Source: Verrucomicrobiota bacterium
GTDB lineage: Bacteria > Verrucomicrobiota > Verrucomicrobiia > Verrucomicrobiales > DEV007
Direction: 5' to 3'
Assembly (NCBI GenBank): GCA_045046875.1
Contig: JASFYY010000073.1
Span: 1-64,000, forward strand
Length of the DNA: 64,000 nucleotides
Below the pieces are notes generated by a model. That model did not search any database. It had not been told where the DNA came from and worked only from the letters and a program-made list of their open reading frames with translations. A program made the translations under genes and the position numbers. Every line of letters begins with the position of its first letter. The stretch's first letter is position 1. Positions 1 to 11,200 of the stretch are shown one piece after another.

Positions 1-113
1 CCCACCTGATACCGGTCATCCAAGACCTCTCCTTTATGATCCTTCTCAGGCAGTTGCCGCATCACCACCTGGTGATCCACCACCACCGTGCCTAAGCCAA
101 ATATCGAAAACAT
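1..113 (-). CDS. PfkB-family carbohydrate kinase, 5' part only (runs off window)
   Basis: Manual translation from ATG 113 (or GTG 119): MFSIFGLGTVVVDHQVVMRQLPEKDHKGEVLDDRYQVG, a typical PfkB N-terminus (G...VD...LP...GG). Confidence 0.6.
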   Translation of the reverse strand, partial: MFSIFGLGTVVVDHQVVMRQLPEKDHKGEVLDDRYQV

Positions 114-126
114 TTTCACCGAATCA

Positions 127-147
127 GCTTTCACAAAATCAACATGC
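127..147. repeat. Direct repeat copy of the queA 3' end
   Basis: gctttcacaaaatcaacatgc matches 752-772 gctctcacaaaatcaacatgc at 20/21; encodes MLIL-stop on the minus strand. Confidence 0.85.
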
Positions 148-155
148 CCACCCTT

Positions 156-461
156 TCACCTCTCGTCCAATAACTCACGAATAGTATCAGGCTTCATGCG
201 CATGTCCAACACCGCAAGCACGCGTATCGTATCACCTTCAAGTTCATAATAAATTGCAAATGGGAAGCGTTGTGACAACAAACGCAAACATCCATGTTGC
301 CAAGTGTGAATACCCGCAGAATTTTCTAATGACGCAATATCAGATAAAAGACAATCAATAAAATAATCCCCAACTCCCAATTCTTGTTCATCATAAAAAC
401 ACTTGCCCTGATCCAAATCCTCACCCGCTTCATCCAGAACAATGAGTGTTTTACCCCTCAT
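156..461 (-). CDS. RelE/ParE-family type II toxin
   Basis: 101 aa; EAGEDL..G..FY and RFPFAIYY...IRVLAVLD motifs; overlaps the antitoxin stop. Confidence 0.85.
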   Translation of the reverse strand: MRGKTLIVLDEAGEDLDQGKCFYDEQELGVGDYFIDCLLSDIASLENSAGIHTWQHGCLRLLSQRFPFAIYYELEGDTIRVLAVLDMRMKPDTIRELLDER

Positions 462-664
462 CGGCCAAAACGCTCTTTGAGCTGTTCCACCGTAAAAAAT
501 TCAGCCCCCCCCGCTTCTACACGCTCTTTTCTTCGTCGCAATACATCTTCATGCCAAGCTGGTGAGTCCAAATCTCTGGGGTTCTGACACAGCGATTCCC
601 ACAACTGCTCCATAGCCTGCAAACGCTCCGCAACAGTCATGTTCTGAATCTCGATGACACTCAT
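458..664 (-). CDS. Putative addiction module antitoxin (TIGR02574-like)
   Basis: MTVAERLQAMEQLWESL...SPAWHEDVLRRR motif; upstream of and coupled to the toxin; ATG 664 preferred over TTG 682. Confidence 0.85.
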   Translation of the reverse strand: MSVIEIQNMTVAERLQAMEQLWESLCQNPRDLDSPAWHEDVLRRRKERVEAGGAEFFTVEQLKERFGR

Positions 665-755
665 GGCAGCAAAATATAACAAAAACTGCCAAAGCTCAAG
701 CTATTCCACACACATCCCTCATCCAAAAACGTAAGACAAAACCTCATAACCGCTC

Positions 756-1727
756 TCACAAAATCAACATGCAATCCCCGTAACTGTAAAAGCGGTATTT
801 ATTCTCAATCGCCTGGGCATACGCCTCATCAATCAAGTCCTTGCCTGCAAACGCGCTCACCATCATCAACAGCGTCGAACCCGGTAGATGAAAATTGGTC
901 AACATCACATCAACCACGTTAAAATCACACGGCGGATAAATAAAAATATCCGTCTCCCCCTGCCTCGCCACCAAATCCCCCTGACGGCCACAATGCTCCA
1001 ACACCCGCGAGACCGTGGTGCCCACCGATACCACCCGCTTCGCCGCAGAAATTTTGTTCACCGCCTCCTCTCCCAAAACAAAGTTCTCCGAGTGCATCAC
1101 ATGATCCTCCACCTGATCCACCCGCACCGGTTGAAAGGTCCCCACCCCCACATGCAAAGTCACAAAAGCATGCTCGAATTTCTCCAGAATTTCCGGTGTG
1201 AAATGCAAACCCGCAGTGGGAGCAGCGATCGCTCCTTCGTAACGATTGTAAATCGTTTGATAACGTTCCCGATCCATCTGTTCATCGTCCCTGCCCATAT
1301 AATGAGGCAAAGCCAGGTGTCCAAAATTTTCTTCATCCACCTCGCGGTCAAACTGAATCACCCGGTCGCCATTTTCCAAAATCCCTTCCACCACTCCTGT
1401 CGCTTCACCAATTTCAACCGTGCGCCCCATCTTCATCCTCTTGCCCGGCTTGACCATGCACTGCCACTGAGTCGTCGACAACTTCTGCAAACGCAGCAGT
1501 TCGATCTTGCCATCATTAGAAAAATAACGCGCCGGCACCACCCGGGTATCATTCAACACCAGTAAATCCCCCTGCTGCAAATAGGCCGGTAAATCGACAA
1601 AATGTTTATGCTCTATGGTGCCCGCACTGCGATCCACAATCAGCATACGCGACTGCCCACGCTGCTCGGGTGGCCGGTCGGCGATCAACTCTGCCGGAAG
1701 TTCATACTCAAAATCACTGGTCTTCAT
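756..1727 (-). CDS. queA: S-adenosylmethionine:tRNA ribosyltransferase-isomerase
   Basis: SDFEYELP, AAPTAGLHFT, TLHVGVGTF, TNFHLPGSTL and YRFYSYGDCMLI motifs. Confidence 0.97.
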   Translation of the reverse strand: MKTSDFEYELPAELIADRPPEQRGQSRMLIVDRSAGTIEHKHFVDLPAYLQQGDLLVLNDTRVVPARYFSNDGKIELLRLQKLSTTQWQCMVKPGKRMKMGRTVEIGEATGVVEGILENGDRVIQFDREVDEENFGHLALPHYMGRDDEQMDRERYQTIYNRYEGAIAAPTAGLHFTPEILEKFEHAFVTLHVGVGTFQPVRVDQVEDHVMHSENFVLGEEAVNKISAAKRVVSVGTTVSRVLEHCGRQGDLVARQGETDIFIYPPCDFNVVDVMLTNFHLPGSTLLMMVSAFAGKDLIDEAYAQAIENKYRFYSYGDCMLIL

Positions 1728-1755
1728 AAGCTCAACTGCTGTGCTGGACTAAGCG

Positions 1756-4254
1756 CTACTTCACCGACTTGAACCCCAGACTCAGCGCCGCTTCTTTAAT
1801 GCTCTTTTTCACCCGGGACAACTGCAATCTCCGCACCACCGTCGGCGCCATGAACAACAATAACAGCAACACGCCCAACCATAGACTGCCCCCTCCAAAA
1901 CGCCACATCAACCCGCCTGCCAATATCGCCGTGAAACGCACGGCCAGAGTCATGAAATTGGGTCGTCCCTGAAGCCGCACCCGGGTGAGGCATTTATTAT
2001 CCGCATGGTATTCCGTCACCGTCACCATTCGGATCGACCACAGCACACTGGAAAGAACCTCCAAATCCCAAGAACGCCAGCCATCTCCAATCGAAAACTG
2101 AATACCTTCGACCCTCCACTTGTGCTGCAAACTGCTCAATAAATCATCGCGAATCAATCCCTCCTCACTCCACAAATCAAACCGCAAGGACCGCCTCCAC
2201 CATCCCAGTCGGGGAAAAAGCAAAGGTTTGTTAATCGGCGGCAAGCTGGTCGGCAAACGCGCGTAGCGCAAGCTGCCCAGATAACGTCTCATACCCCGGT
2301 TCAACGGTTGAATCAGAGCCAAAAAACTTACGATCAGGCGCGCGCGCAAACCTCCAAAAGGCTCACTTAATTTTGCTTTCACGCCAAAACCCACCGCCGT
2401 GATGCCTGTCGCAGCCAACATCAAAACCGACATCAAAGCTGCCAGCGGAAAAATAAACCCCACCACTCCACAGACCAGTGCCAGTAAAACCCACTGAAAA
2501 CTGCTCACCACATAAGCCCATCCCCAAGTGCCACTGCTATAGATCGATTGGAAAGGCGCGTAACCAAAAGGCCCCTGATAAATCCTCGCCGAGCCTCCAA
2601 TATCCGAAGCAAAAGTCTGATCGTAAACAAAACCCTGCCAACGCGCACCGCCAATCGCTCCAAAGCGATCCGGATGACGCGGGATCAACATCGCCTCCGC
2701 TCTGCCATAACCTGCCTGCTGACGCAAATAATCCCGAATTCGAAAACGACGGTAATGCCACACCATTGCCGCTCCGTGAAAGCCAATGCGGTAACCATAA
2801 TTCTGCAGGCGCCAACAAAAATCCACATCATCACCCGCCGTCCAAAACTCCTCGCGAAAACCCCCAATCGCCTCAAAAGCCTCTTTTCTCACCGCCAGAT
2901 TACAGCCCGGAATATGTTCGGCCTGTTCATCATTCAACAACACATGCGCCGGTCCACCAGGGGAAGCCACCACACAGGCCTGCTCCAGGTTCACCGGCTT
3001 AGGCGAAATATTCGGTCCACCCATGGCCGCAAAATCCCCCTCCGCAAATCCTTCCGCCAAATACAACAACCACTGCTCGTCAGCGGTGCAGTCATCATCG
3101 GTATAACCCAACACCTCCCCAGTCGCCTCGCGAGCTCCCAGGTTACGCGCCGCGCTCAGACCGCCGTGATCCATTTCGATATACCGAATCGAGGGAAAGC
3201 CTTTGGCAATCTCCGCCACCCCCTCATCCGCCCCATCATTGATCAATAACACTTCATAATCAGGGTAGTTGATTTTGGTCAAAGACAACAAACACTCTGC
3301 CAAAGTGCGTCCCCCACGGTAAGTGCAAACGATCACCGAAAAGCGCAAACCGGACTCCCGTCCGATGCCATCCCCCGGCGACTTGATTCCACTCCAAGCC
3401 GTTTGCAGACGATCAAAAGCCAGCTTGCGACTGCCATCACGACGCAACAAACCAAAATCCCATTCCAATATCTCCCGACCACCGCGATACCAACGGTCGG
3501 AAAACGCATACACTGTCGTGCCAGCCACTCCCGACCGGCAGCAGGCCTGCACATGCCATGATAAAATCTCTGCCTGCACATCCTCCCCATGATACTGGGA
3601 ATCAACCCCGAACTCTGTCAGCAACAAGGGCAAATCCCCGGCCACATTTTGCAAGTGACGCAAATAACGAGTGAACACCTCTCGATCCTCCAGGTATATA
3701 TTAAACGCCGCAAAATCCGCATTCCTCACCATCAGGTATTCACTGGTCGGATAATTTGCGTAGGCAAACATCGCGCCCGGATCAATCGAGCGACCGTAAC
3801 GGATCAACGACTCCAGGGCTTTGCGAACCTTTTCCGCCCCCATCCACCTTACCAGGGTTGCCGGGATTTCGTTACCCACCAAATAAGCCAATACTCCCGG
3901 GTGACCATGAAACCTTTCAACCGTCTCCCGCAACATTTTTCGTGCTTCATCGATGACCGCATCATCCTGCAAAAAATCCACATGCTGCGACCAGGGAATT
4001 CCAATGATCACCCGCAGCCCCACCTGCAAACAGCGGTCGACAAATTCCAGCGACGGCACTTCATAAACCCTCAAGGCATTTGCACCCAGTTCGCACACAG
4101 ATTGCAAATCCCGCAACAAGTCACCCCCCACCGGCAAAGTGCGCCCCTCCTCATCGGGCGGGAAAGGACCAAAGCTCACCGCTTTGACAAAAAAACAGGT
4201 CTCTCCGTCACGAAAAAATTTGCCACTCGCCGTGATCCGGTTGGCACCTTCCAC
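1756..4254 (-). CDS. Fusion of a GH-A clan TIM-barrel glycoside hydrolase-like domain and a GT2 glycosyltransferase, with C-terminal TM helices
   Basis: N-terminal VGNEI and LLTEFG (clan GH-A acid/base and nucleophile-like motifs); GT2 FSVIVCTY, YTDDD, GCNLAVR, AGDDVD; hydrophobic C-terminus. Confidence 0.8.
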   Translation of the reverse strand: MEGANRITASGKFFRDGETCFFVKAVSFGPFPPDEEGRTLPVGGDLLRDLQSVCELGANALRVYEVPSLEFVDRCLQVGLRVIIGIPWSQHVDFLQDDAVIDEARKMLRETVERFHGHPGVLAYLVGNEIPATLVRWMGAEKVRKALESLIRYGRSIDPGAMFAYANYPTSEYLMVRNADFAAFNIYLEDREVFTRYLRHLQNVAGDLPLLLTEFGVDSQYHGEDVQAEILSWHVQACCRSGVAGTTVYAFSDRWYRGGREILEWDFGLLRRDGSRKLAFDRLQTAWSGIKSPGDGIGRESGLRFSVIVCTYRGGRTLAECLLSLTKINYPDYEVLLINDGADEGVAEIAKGFPSIRYIEMDHGGLSAARNLGAREATGEVLGYTDDDCTADEQWLLYLAEGFAEGDFAAMGGPNISPKPVNLEQACVVASPGGPAHVLLNDEQAEHIPGCNLAVRKEAFEAIGGFREEFWTAGDDVDFCWRLQNYGYRIGFHGAAMVWHYRRFRIRDYLRQQAGYGRAEAMLIPRHPDRFGAIGGARWQGFVYDQTFASDIGGSARIYQGPFGYAPFQSIYSSGTWGWAYVVSSFQWVLLALVCGVVGFIFPLAALMSVLMLAATGITAVGFGVKAKLSEPFGGLRARLIVSFLALIQPLNRGMRRYLGSLRYARLPTSLPPINKPLLFPRLGWWRRSLRFDLWSEEGLIRDDLLSSLQHKWRVEGIQFSIGDGWRSWDLEVLSSVLWSIRMVTVTEYHADNKCLTRVRLQGRPNFMTLAVRFTAILAGGLMWRFGGGSLWLGVLLLLLFMAPTVVRRLQLSRVKKSIKEAALSLGFKSVK

Positions 4255-4370
4255 GTTCGTTGGTTCGGTCGATTTTTGTTGTGAAAATTCGGCTTCGATA
4301 ATGACTTATCTAAAAGACGCCAATCTAGCCTCTTTTATTCATCATCCAAGTGCCTACTTCGCAGAAAAAC

Positions 4371-5039
4371 TCAAACCAATGCTGCCATCGGTTCGCGCAT
4401 TTTGATCATGCCTCGACGAATCCTGGCTTTGATCGTGCCCACCGGATGCCCCAGACGTTGCGCAATTTCGTTTTGCGTCATGCCATTGAAAAAAGCCAAC
4501 TCGATCGCTTCGCGCTGATCCTTCGACAGCTTGCTGACCTCATCCCTCACCGCCCGACACTTTTCACGTCGATCCGCCAAATCATAGCCATGAACTTGAT
4601 CCCCTCCCTGCTCCGGCAATAAAGAGCGATCCTCGCGGTATTCATTGACCCAACGACTGCGGCGCTGCTTGGCTCGCAAACGATCAATCGCACAATTCCT
4701 CGCCATCGACACCAACCAAGTGATCACCCGTCCTTTCTCGCTGTGATACTGATGCGCACAGAGCCAAATCCGCGTGCTCACATCCTGATAAACATCTTCC
4801 GTTTCATCACTATCGTGCAAAACCTTGAACACGGTTGAGCAAATCAACCCCTTGTAGCGTGCCAACAAACGTTGGAAATCCAATCGATCCCCCTTGGCGA
4901 CATTTTCCAACCACAGCCCGTCTTCCTGATCGACAGGCGACAGCGGGCGACGCGCTCGTTTTGGCACAGCCCTCACTCCAGCTTCGATTCCTGTTATTTC
5001 CGGGGCTCCGGCATCCAGCAGCGTATAGATCATCCTCAT
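4371..5039 (-). CDS. ECF sigma-70 factor (SigK-like)
   Basis: EDVYQDV..RIW, WLVSMARNCAIDRLR, region 4 LAFFNGMTQNEIA...GTIKARIRRG. Confidence 0.9.
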   Translation of the reverse strand: MRMIYTLLDAGAPEITGIEAGVRAVPKRARRPLSPVDQEDGLWLENVAKGDRLDFQRLLARYKGLICSTVFKVLHDSDETEDVYQDVSTRIWLCAHQYHSEKGRVITWLVSMARNCAIDRLRAKQRRSRWVNEYREDRSLLPEQGGDQVHGYDLADRREKCRAVRDEVSKLSKDQREAIELAFFNGMTQNEIAQRLGHPVGTIKARIRRGMIKMREPMAALV

Positions 5040-5145
5040 ATTACTTTTAATAATATAGATGACAGAATTTTATCAAATCAATTCGTTATAAGAGTTTCTA
5101 ATCTATGCAGGGAGCGCAAAAGGTCAGCTTATAGCTCCCCAAAAC

Positions 5146-5259
5146 TGTAGGGCGAACGCTTCGCTTGCCCCGTGTAAATTTCCCCCCTCTGCTGAGAGGC
5201 TGTAGCCTATAGATCCCCCCAGCTTCTACAAAATTGTAGAGCGTGCGCTCTTGCCCCGT
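5146..5259. repeat. GTAG-type REP copies
   Basis: tgtagggcgaacgcttcgcttgcc at 5146-5169 plus a degenerate copy at 5235-5259; same family at 30.3-30.5 kb and 37.5 kb. Confidence 0.7.
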
Positions 5260-5273
5260 ATAAAAGCCCCTCC

Positions 5274-7058
5274 TCAATCCTTCCTCGTCAACATGATCAA
5301 ACGGAAGTCCATCACTTGGGACCCCGGAATCTCCAATGCACGCAGAGTTAATTGCCCTTTACCTTTATCCAGATGCATCGTGCCCAGCTTCAACGTCTTG
5401 AACCGTTTCACATCACTCTCAGTCCCCACAATCTTGCTGGTTTTCTCAGCAAACAAGGGCGGGTCATAAGCTTCGGTGATTTTCCCAATCAACTTGTTCT
5501 GATTAAAAGTTAATTCAAAACTCGATCCCACATCAGCCGCCGGACAAGTATAGAGCAGCTCGACTTCAAAATCACCATCAGCCGGCACTTCCGCCTCCCA
5601 GGTGATCTTATCATCCAACTTGGTCCAGTTTTTAAAATACGAACAATTCGGCGGACGAGCTGAACGCACAATGCCACCATGAGCGATGCCATCGCGGGCT
5701 GGAATCTGGGTGTATTTGTAATCCGGATGCCCGATCAAAAACGGCCGGCCGCCTTTTTTATAAGTCGGCGTGGTCAGATCCCTCCAATCCTGGGCCAATT
5801 TGCGCAAGCGTTCAGCTTCTTTCGGATATTGATCCGCTACATCATGATCCTGCCCCGGATCTTTGGCCATTTCATAAAGCTTGCCCTTGGTATCCAAACG
5901 AAATTTTTGCGTGCGAATACTCACCCGTTCTCCATTCTTACCACCCCACTGATTGATCAATGTGCGATCCGCCCACTGTTTTGGATTGCCCAACAGCAAC
6001 GGTTTCAGACTAATGCCGTCGAGTGGTTTTTTGCTCACCATCTTGATCCCGGCCAGATCGGTCAATGTCGGCAGCAGATCGATCGCCGAACCGATTTGCT
6101 CGATCTTCTTGCCCTTGGCTATTTTACCTGGCCAGCGAATCAACAGTGGCGAGCGCACACCACCTTCATCGGTCGAACCTTTACGCCCTCTCATACCACC
6201 ATTCCAACGCCAGCCATTAGGTCCGTTGTCACAGAAATATAATACGATCGTATCCTCGGCGAGATCAAGATCATCCAGCTTTTTCAACAACCGTTGCACG
6301 TTCCAGTCAATGTTTTCACACATCGCCAAAGCCGCCTGGGTATGCACGACTTTCTCCTTTTCCGGATCCCGGTTGCGCAAGCCCAATTCCTGATCCTTAT
6401 GTTTGTCCCAAAACTCATCCGGCACCTGCATCGGGGAATGAGGCGTATTATACGGGATATAGGCAAAAAACGGCTTATCCTTATTCTCTTCAATAAAGTT
6501 CATCGCGTGATTGGTTAAATCATCAATAATAAATCCCTCGCCCCTCACCAACTTGCCATTGCTCTCCAACATTGGATCAAAATAGTTACCCCAATGTCCC
6601 GAACAAAAACCATAATATTCATCAAACCCGCGCCCATTGGGATGATAGGGATACTGCATGCCATTATGCCATTTACCAAAAGCTCCCGTGGCGTAACCTG
6701 CTGCTTTAAAACTATCGGCGATCGTTTTTTCATCCAGATTCAAACGCTCGCCGCCCGCCGAAGTGCTATAAACCCCTCCACGCGCATGATAGCGCCCCGT
6801 CAAAAACTCCGCCCGTGTTGGAGAACACACCGCACAGACAAAAAAACGATCAAAACTGGCTCCGTCTCGAGCCAATCCGTCAATTGTCGGGGTTTTTAAA
6901 TTGCTGTTACCATTCAGACTCAAATCCCCCCACCCTTGATCATCGGTTAAAATCACCACGACATTTGGCTTTTTATCCGCCGCCAGGGAATCTGGCACCA
7001 GCGACCACGCCACCATCAACGATAAAACACCCTTCACAAAAATCCCATTCCTTTTCAT
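5274..7058 (-). CDS. Arylsulfatase (Cys-type formylglycine sulfatase), exported
   Basis: Signal peptide, [19 protein letters not shown]...TGRY, GKWH, DNG motifs. Confidence 0.93.
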   Translation of the reverse strand: MKRNGIFVKGVLSLMVAWSLVPDSLAADKKPNVVVILTDDQGWGDLSLNGNSNLKTPTIDGLARDGASFDRFFVCAVCSPTRAEFLTGRYHARGGVYSTSAGGERLNLDEKTIADSFKAAGYATGAFGKWHNGMQYPYHPNGRGFDEYYGFCSGHWGNYFDPMLESNGKLVRGEGFIIDDLTNHAMNFIEENKDKPFFAYIPYNTPHSPMQVPDEFWDKHKDQELGLRNRDPEKEKVVHTQAALAMCENIDWNVQRLLKKLDDLDLAEDTIVLYFCDNGPNGWRWNGGMRGRKGSTDEGGVRSPLLIRWPGKIAKGKKIEQIGSAIDLLPTLTDLAGIKMVSKKPLDGISLKPLLLGNPKQWADRTLINQWGGKNGERVSIRTQKFRLDTKGKLYEMAKDPGQDHDVADQYPKEAERLRKLAQDWRDLTTPTYKKGGRPFLIGHPDYKYTQIPARDGIAHGGIVRSARPPNCSYFKNWTKLDDKITWEAEVPADGDFEVELLYTCPAADVGSSFELTFNQNKLIGKITEAYDPPLFAEKTSKIVGTESDVKRFKTLKLGTMHLDKGKGQLTLRALEIPGSQVMDFRLIMLTRKD

Positions 7059-7176
7059 AAATATCAATCAGCTTGAATTACACCCACTCAACCTTCACAA
7101 TATAGATAATCAACACTTCCTCAAACTTTGTTACGTGGCGCAATCAAGCCATAAGCGTGCAAAGCCAGATGAGGCT

Positions 7177-7206
7177 TTGACAGCTGGTTCACGATAGTTC
7201 TAGAAT
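7177..7206 (+). promoter_or_regulatory. Putative sigma70 promoter of the WXG100/FtsK operon
   Basis: TTGACA (7177-7182), 18-bp spacer, TAGAAT (7201-7206), ending 28 nt before ATG 7235; inverted repeat aaagcc-N6-ggcttt (7161-7178) overlaps the -35. Confidence 0.6.
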
Positions 7207-7234
7207 GTATTTAATAAAATAACTCGATAAAAGT

Positions 7235-7507
7235 ATGGCTAAAGCAATGATGGACCCCGAAGAGGTGCGACGTTTCGCAGAAGAGCTGAAACGTTTCAAC
7301 GGCGATCTGCAACATCGCCTGACCTCACTGCAAGCGCGATTTTCCTCACTCAGCGAAACCTGGCAGGATCAGGAAAACGAAAAATACAGTGAAGAATTCA
7401 AAATCACCGTGAAAGCCCTCAAAAAATTCGTCGATGCCTCCAACCAACACGTGCCCTTCCTGATGCGCAAAGCCCAACGCATCGAAGACTACCTGGAACA
7501 ACGCTAA
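7235..7507 (+). CDS. WXG100/ESAT-6-like protein (WQD variant)
   Basis: 90 aa, MDPEEVRRFA start, two long helices with a central LSETWQDQ turn; upstream of an FtsK ATPase. Confidence 0.85.
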   Translation: MAKAMMDPEEVRRFAEELKRFNGDLQHRLTSLQARFSSLSETWQDQENEKYSEEFKITVKALKKFVDASNQHVPFLMRKAQRIEDYLEQR

Positions 7508-7552
7508 TCCATTTTTTATTCTTCATTCCTCATTCTTAATTTTCCATTCTTC

Positions 7553-8089
7553 ATGTCCGGCCCCCAAGCAAAAATCACCTCAATCGAAATACTGGATTCC
7601 TTCCGCAGCTCTCTCGTGGTCTATTTGGATAAAGCAGGCACCACCCTCGATGAGATCAATCACGAAGTGCGCCGCACCCGCCACCAACTGCAAAATGAAA
7701 AGCTGCTGTTTTGGAAAATGGAACTGCGCAAACGCACCACAGCACTCGATCTCGCCCGCAGTGAATATTTCTCCGCCCGCCTGGTCAACAGCGGCGTCGG
7801 CGCCACCGGCAAACAAGCGGTGGTGAGACGAGCCACCGAAGCCAAACGTGAAGCCGAAGACAAACTTCGCAAAGTCAAAAAATGGTGCCGGGCCTATGAC
7901 AGCCAGATCGAACCGCTGGCAAAAAAAGTTGAAAGCCTGCGCCAAAATATGGTTTACGAACTTCCCAACGCCGTAGCCTTCCTCGAACAAGCCGCACTCA
8001 CCCTCAGTGAATATGCGGGCATGCGCGCGACAGGAACCGTCAGCCCCACCCCGCCCGCCCATCCTGAAGAACAACAAGACGAATCATGA
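7553..8089 (+). CDS. Helical coiled-coil protein, possible extended WXG100-like partner or substrate
   Basis: 178 aa, all-helical pattern, no signal peptide, ATGA-coupled to the next gene. Confidence 0.65.
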   Translation: MSGPQAKITSIEILDSFRSSLVVYLDKAGTTLDEINHEVRRTRHQLQNEKLLFWKMELRKRTTALDLARSEYFSARLVNSGVGATGKQAVVRRATEAKREAEDKLRKVKKWCRAYDSQIEPLAKKVESLRQNMVYELPNAVAFLEQAALTLSEYAGMRATGTVSPTPPAHPEEQQDES

Positions 8090-8298
8090 GTCTGGTATCC
8101 AATAGAACACGCTTAGCTACATTAACCAAAATACTGGTTAATGACTGGCAGCTTACCAAAGAACATTGGCAGGACAAACAAGCGCTGCAATTTGAAAAGC
8201 AATACATCGAAGGATTGCTGCACCAAGTCAGCGCCACCACCGAGATCATCGACAAGCTCGATAAATTAATCACCCGAGTAAAAAAGGACTGTGAGTAA
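8086..8298 (+). CDS. Small WXG100-like protein (WQD variant)
   Basis: 70 aa with central EHWQDKQALQF; overlaps both neighbours. Confidence 0.7.
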   Translation: MSLVSNRTRLATLTKILVNDWQLTKEHWQDKQALQFEKQYIEGLLHQVSATTEIIDKLDKLITRVKKDCE

Positions 8299-11200
8299 AC
8301 AACACCCATTAGGTATCATCGCCAGCCTCGAAATGCTCGACCGTCTGAAAGAGACGATCGAGGATTGTGTGCAAAAAGAAGCTAAACTCACCCAGGCAAT
8401 CAGTCTCAGCACTTACACCCTGGATAAAGAACAAGAACAAACACTGGAAGCCGACAGCCTACAGCTTGCCTCCGATATCGAGCAGCTAGAGGAAAAATTC
8501 ACCGCTGAGAAAAAAAACGCCCAAAGCAAACTTCAGCAACGTCAACAATGGATTGACCGTGCTTGGAAAAACAGCAAACAACGTTTTTTGCAAAACCTCG
8601 AAGAAAACGAAGGCCACCAGAAATACAGCATCCAAAAAACGATGCTGGATCATGAAAAAGAACACCAGGCAGCCGTATCACAGAACGAAGCGGACTTTGA
8701 AGAGTTTCAAGCAGCCTTGGTCAACGACCGCAGGATATTCAAAGCTCTGGCTGCGCTCGCCAGCAAATCATTCCGCGGTTACCAATCTTGGTTAAAAAAA
8801 CTGACTTCCGAGCTGAAAAACGAGCAGAACAATCACTCGCCTACCCAGAGAAGTGCCGCCGAAAACCGTGACGATCTGCACCACCAATTGCAAGTCACCG
8901 ACGCCAGCCTGTTGGTTTTCCGCAAACACCTCTTGCCCCGGTTTTTTGCCGTAATACCACTGTCCTTGCTGTGCATCCTTATCCTCATCCTCCACCTGCC
9001 ACTGATCCCGGTGCTCAATCATTTTGGCTTTGAAAAAAACCTCTGGCCAATTCTAGGCGGCTCCTCCCTCAGTCTGATGCTCGGCAGTGGCCTCTTGCAT
9101 TTAATCGGTAGAATGCGCTGGCGAACTGAAGCGACCAGAATCACGGCAAACCTCAAGTTGTCACGACGATTACTCACCCACTGCGAACTTGCTCTGGATA
9201 ATTCCCATGAGCAAACCCGTGAAGAAATCCAAATGCAACACAAAAGCACTACGGAACAACTCGACGGCAAGTGGAAAGATGTCCTGTCCAGTTCTGCTCA
9301 AACTCGTCAAAACAAACCCGAGGCAGCTCTTGATGATAAAAAAGCCCGCGCCCTGGCCACACTCAAGCAGCAGAGTCAAACACGTATCAAACAAATCGAA
9401 AACGAACACCAGCGTTTGATAAAATCGAAACAAGACCAGTTCGAACAACACAGCAAACAGGTCACCCGGAATTGCCTCGACGCCACCCAACAGGCTCAAA
9501 ACGATTACGAGAAAAAGCACCGCCATCTCATCCAGGAATGGAAGCAGACCCTTGAACCGATCTACCAAATCATCTCGGCCAACCAGAAAACCGCATCAGA
9601 CCTTTTCCCTTATTGGCCTGCCGACCATTGGAAAAACTGGCAAGCCCCTCCATCATTCTGCCATTTTGCCAAACTCGGCGAACTGGAAGTCGACATGACC
9701 CGGATGTGCGAAAAGTTGCCCAAAGATGAAAAACTCGCCCTGCCCGGCCCGGCACAATTCGCTCTACCGCTGATGCTGGACCTTCCCAAACACGGCTCTC
9801 TACTGATTGAAGCCAGCGACCATGGACACCAGCAAAGTGTCGCCACCCTCAATCACCTCATTCTCACCCTGCTGACCGGAGCTCCCGCCGGCAAAGCCAG
9901 TTTCACTATCATTGATCCCGTTGGGCTGGGAGAAAATTTCTCCAGCGTCATGCATCTGGCGGATTATGAAAACAACCTGATCCACGACCGCATCTGGACC
10001 CAGACCGAACAGATCGATCAACGCCTCGCCGAGCTTAACGAGCACATGGAAAAAGTGATCCAGATGTATCTGCGCAACGAATACGAAACCATCGCCGAAT
10101 ACAATCAACAAGCCGGAAATATCGCTGAAAAATATCATTTCCTAGTAGTCGCCGACTTCCCAAGCAACTTCAGTGATGTCGCCGCCAAACGAATCCTGAG
10201 CATCGCCGCCAGTGGTGCACGCTGCGGGGTTTACACCCTCATTCACTGGGACAAACGACGCACCCTGCCGCAGGACTTTGTCATCGACGAACTGCGCCAC
10301 AGCAGCACCTGCATCAGCTGTGATGACAAAGGCTTCACCCTGGCCGATTATTCCCCGCCCGGCACCAACCTCGATCTCGACAGCCCCCCCGACCCGGAGA
10401 TTTTCACTCAACTGATCCAGAAAATCGGCGACGGCAGCAAAGACGCCAACCGCATCGAAGTGCCCTTTTCCCATGTCACTCCGGCAGAGGACGAACTATG
10501 GCGTGGAGATACCACCAACGAACTGCGGGTCGCCATCGGACGCAGCGGCGCCAGCAAACTGCAGTATCTGTCGATTGGCAAAGGCACCCGCCAACACACT
10601 CTCATCGCTGGTAAAACCGGCTCAGGCAAGTCCACCCTGTTCCATGTCATCATCACCAATCTAGCGCTCTGTTGCAGTCCTGACGAGGTCGAGTTTTACC
10701 TCATCGATTTCAAAAAAGGCATCGAGTTCAAATGTTACGCCAATTACAAACTGCCCCACGCACGGGTCATCGCCATCGAAAGTGACCGCGAATTTGGTCT
10801 CAGTGTGCTGCAGCGTGTGGACGAAGAACTCAAACGCCGCGGGGATCTGTTCCGCAAACTCGGCGTCCAGGATCTCGCCGGATACAAAAAGTCCGGCGGC
10901 GACGAAGCCATTCCCCGTTCACTCTTGATGATCGACGAATTCCAGGAACTTTTTGTCGAAGACGACCGTATTTCTCAAAGTGCGTCGATGTTGCTCGACC
11001 GCATCGTCCGTCAGGGACGGGCTTTTGGCATTCATGTCATCCTCGGATCACAGACCCTCGGCGGAGCCTACACCCTTCCACGCACCACCATGGGGCAGAT
11101 GGTCATCCGCATCGCCCTGATGTGCAACGAAGCCGATGCCTACCTCATCATGGACGACAACAATCCTGCTCCTCGAATGTTGTCACGTCCCGGCGAAGGC

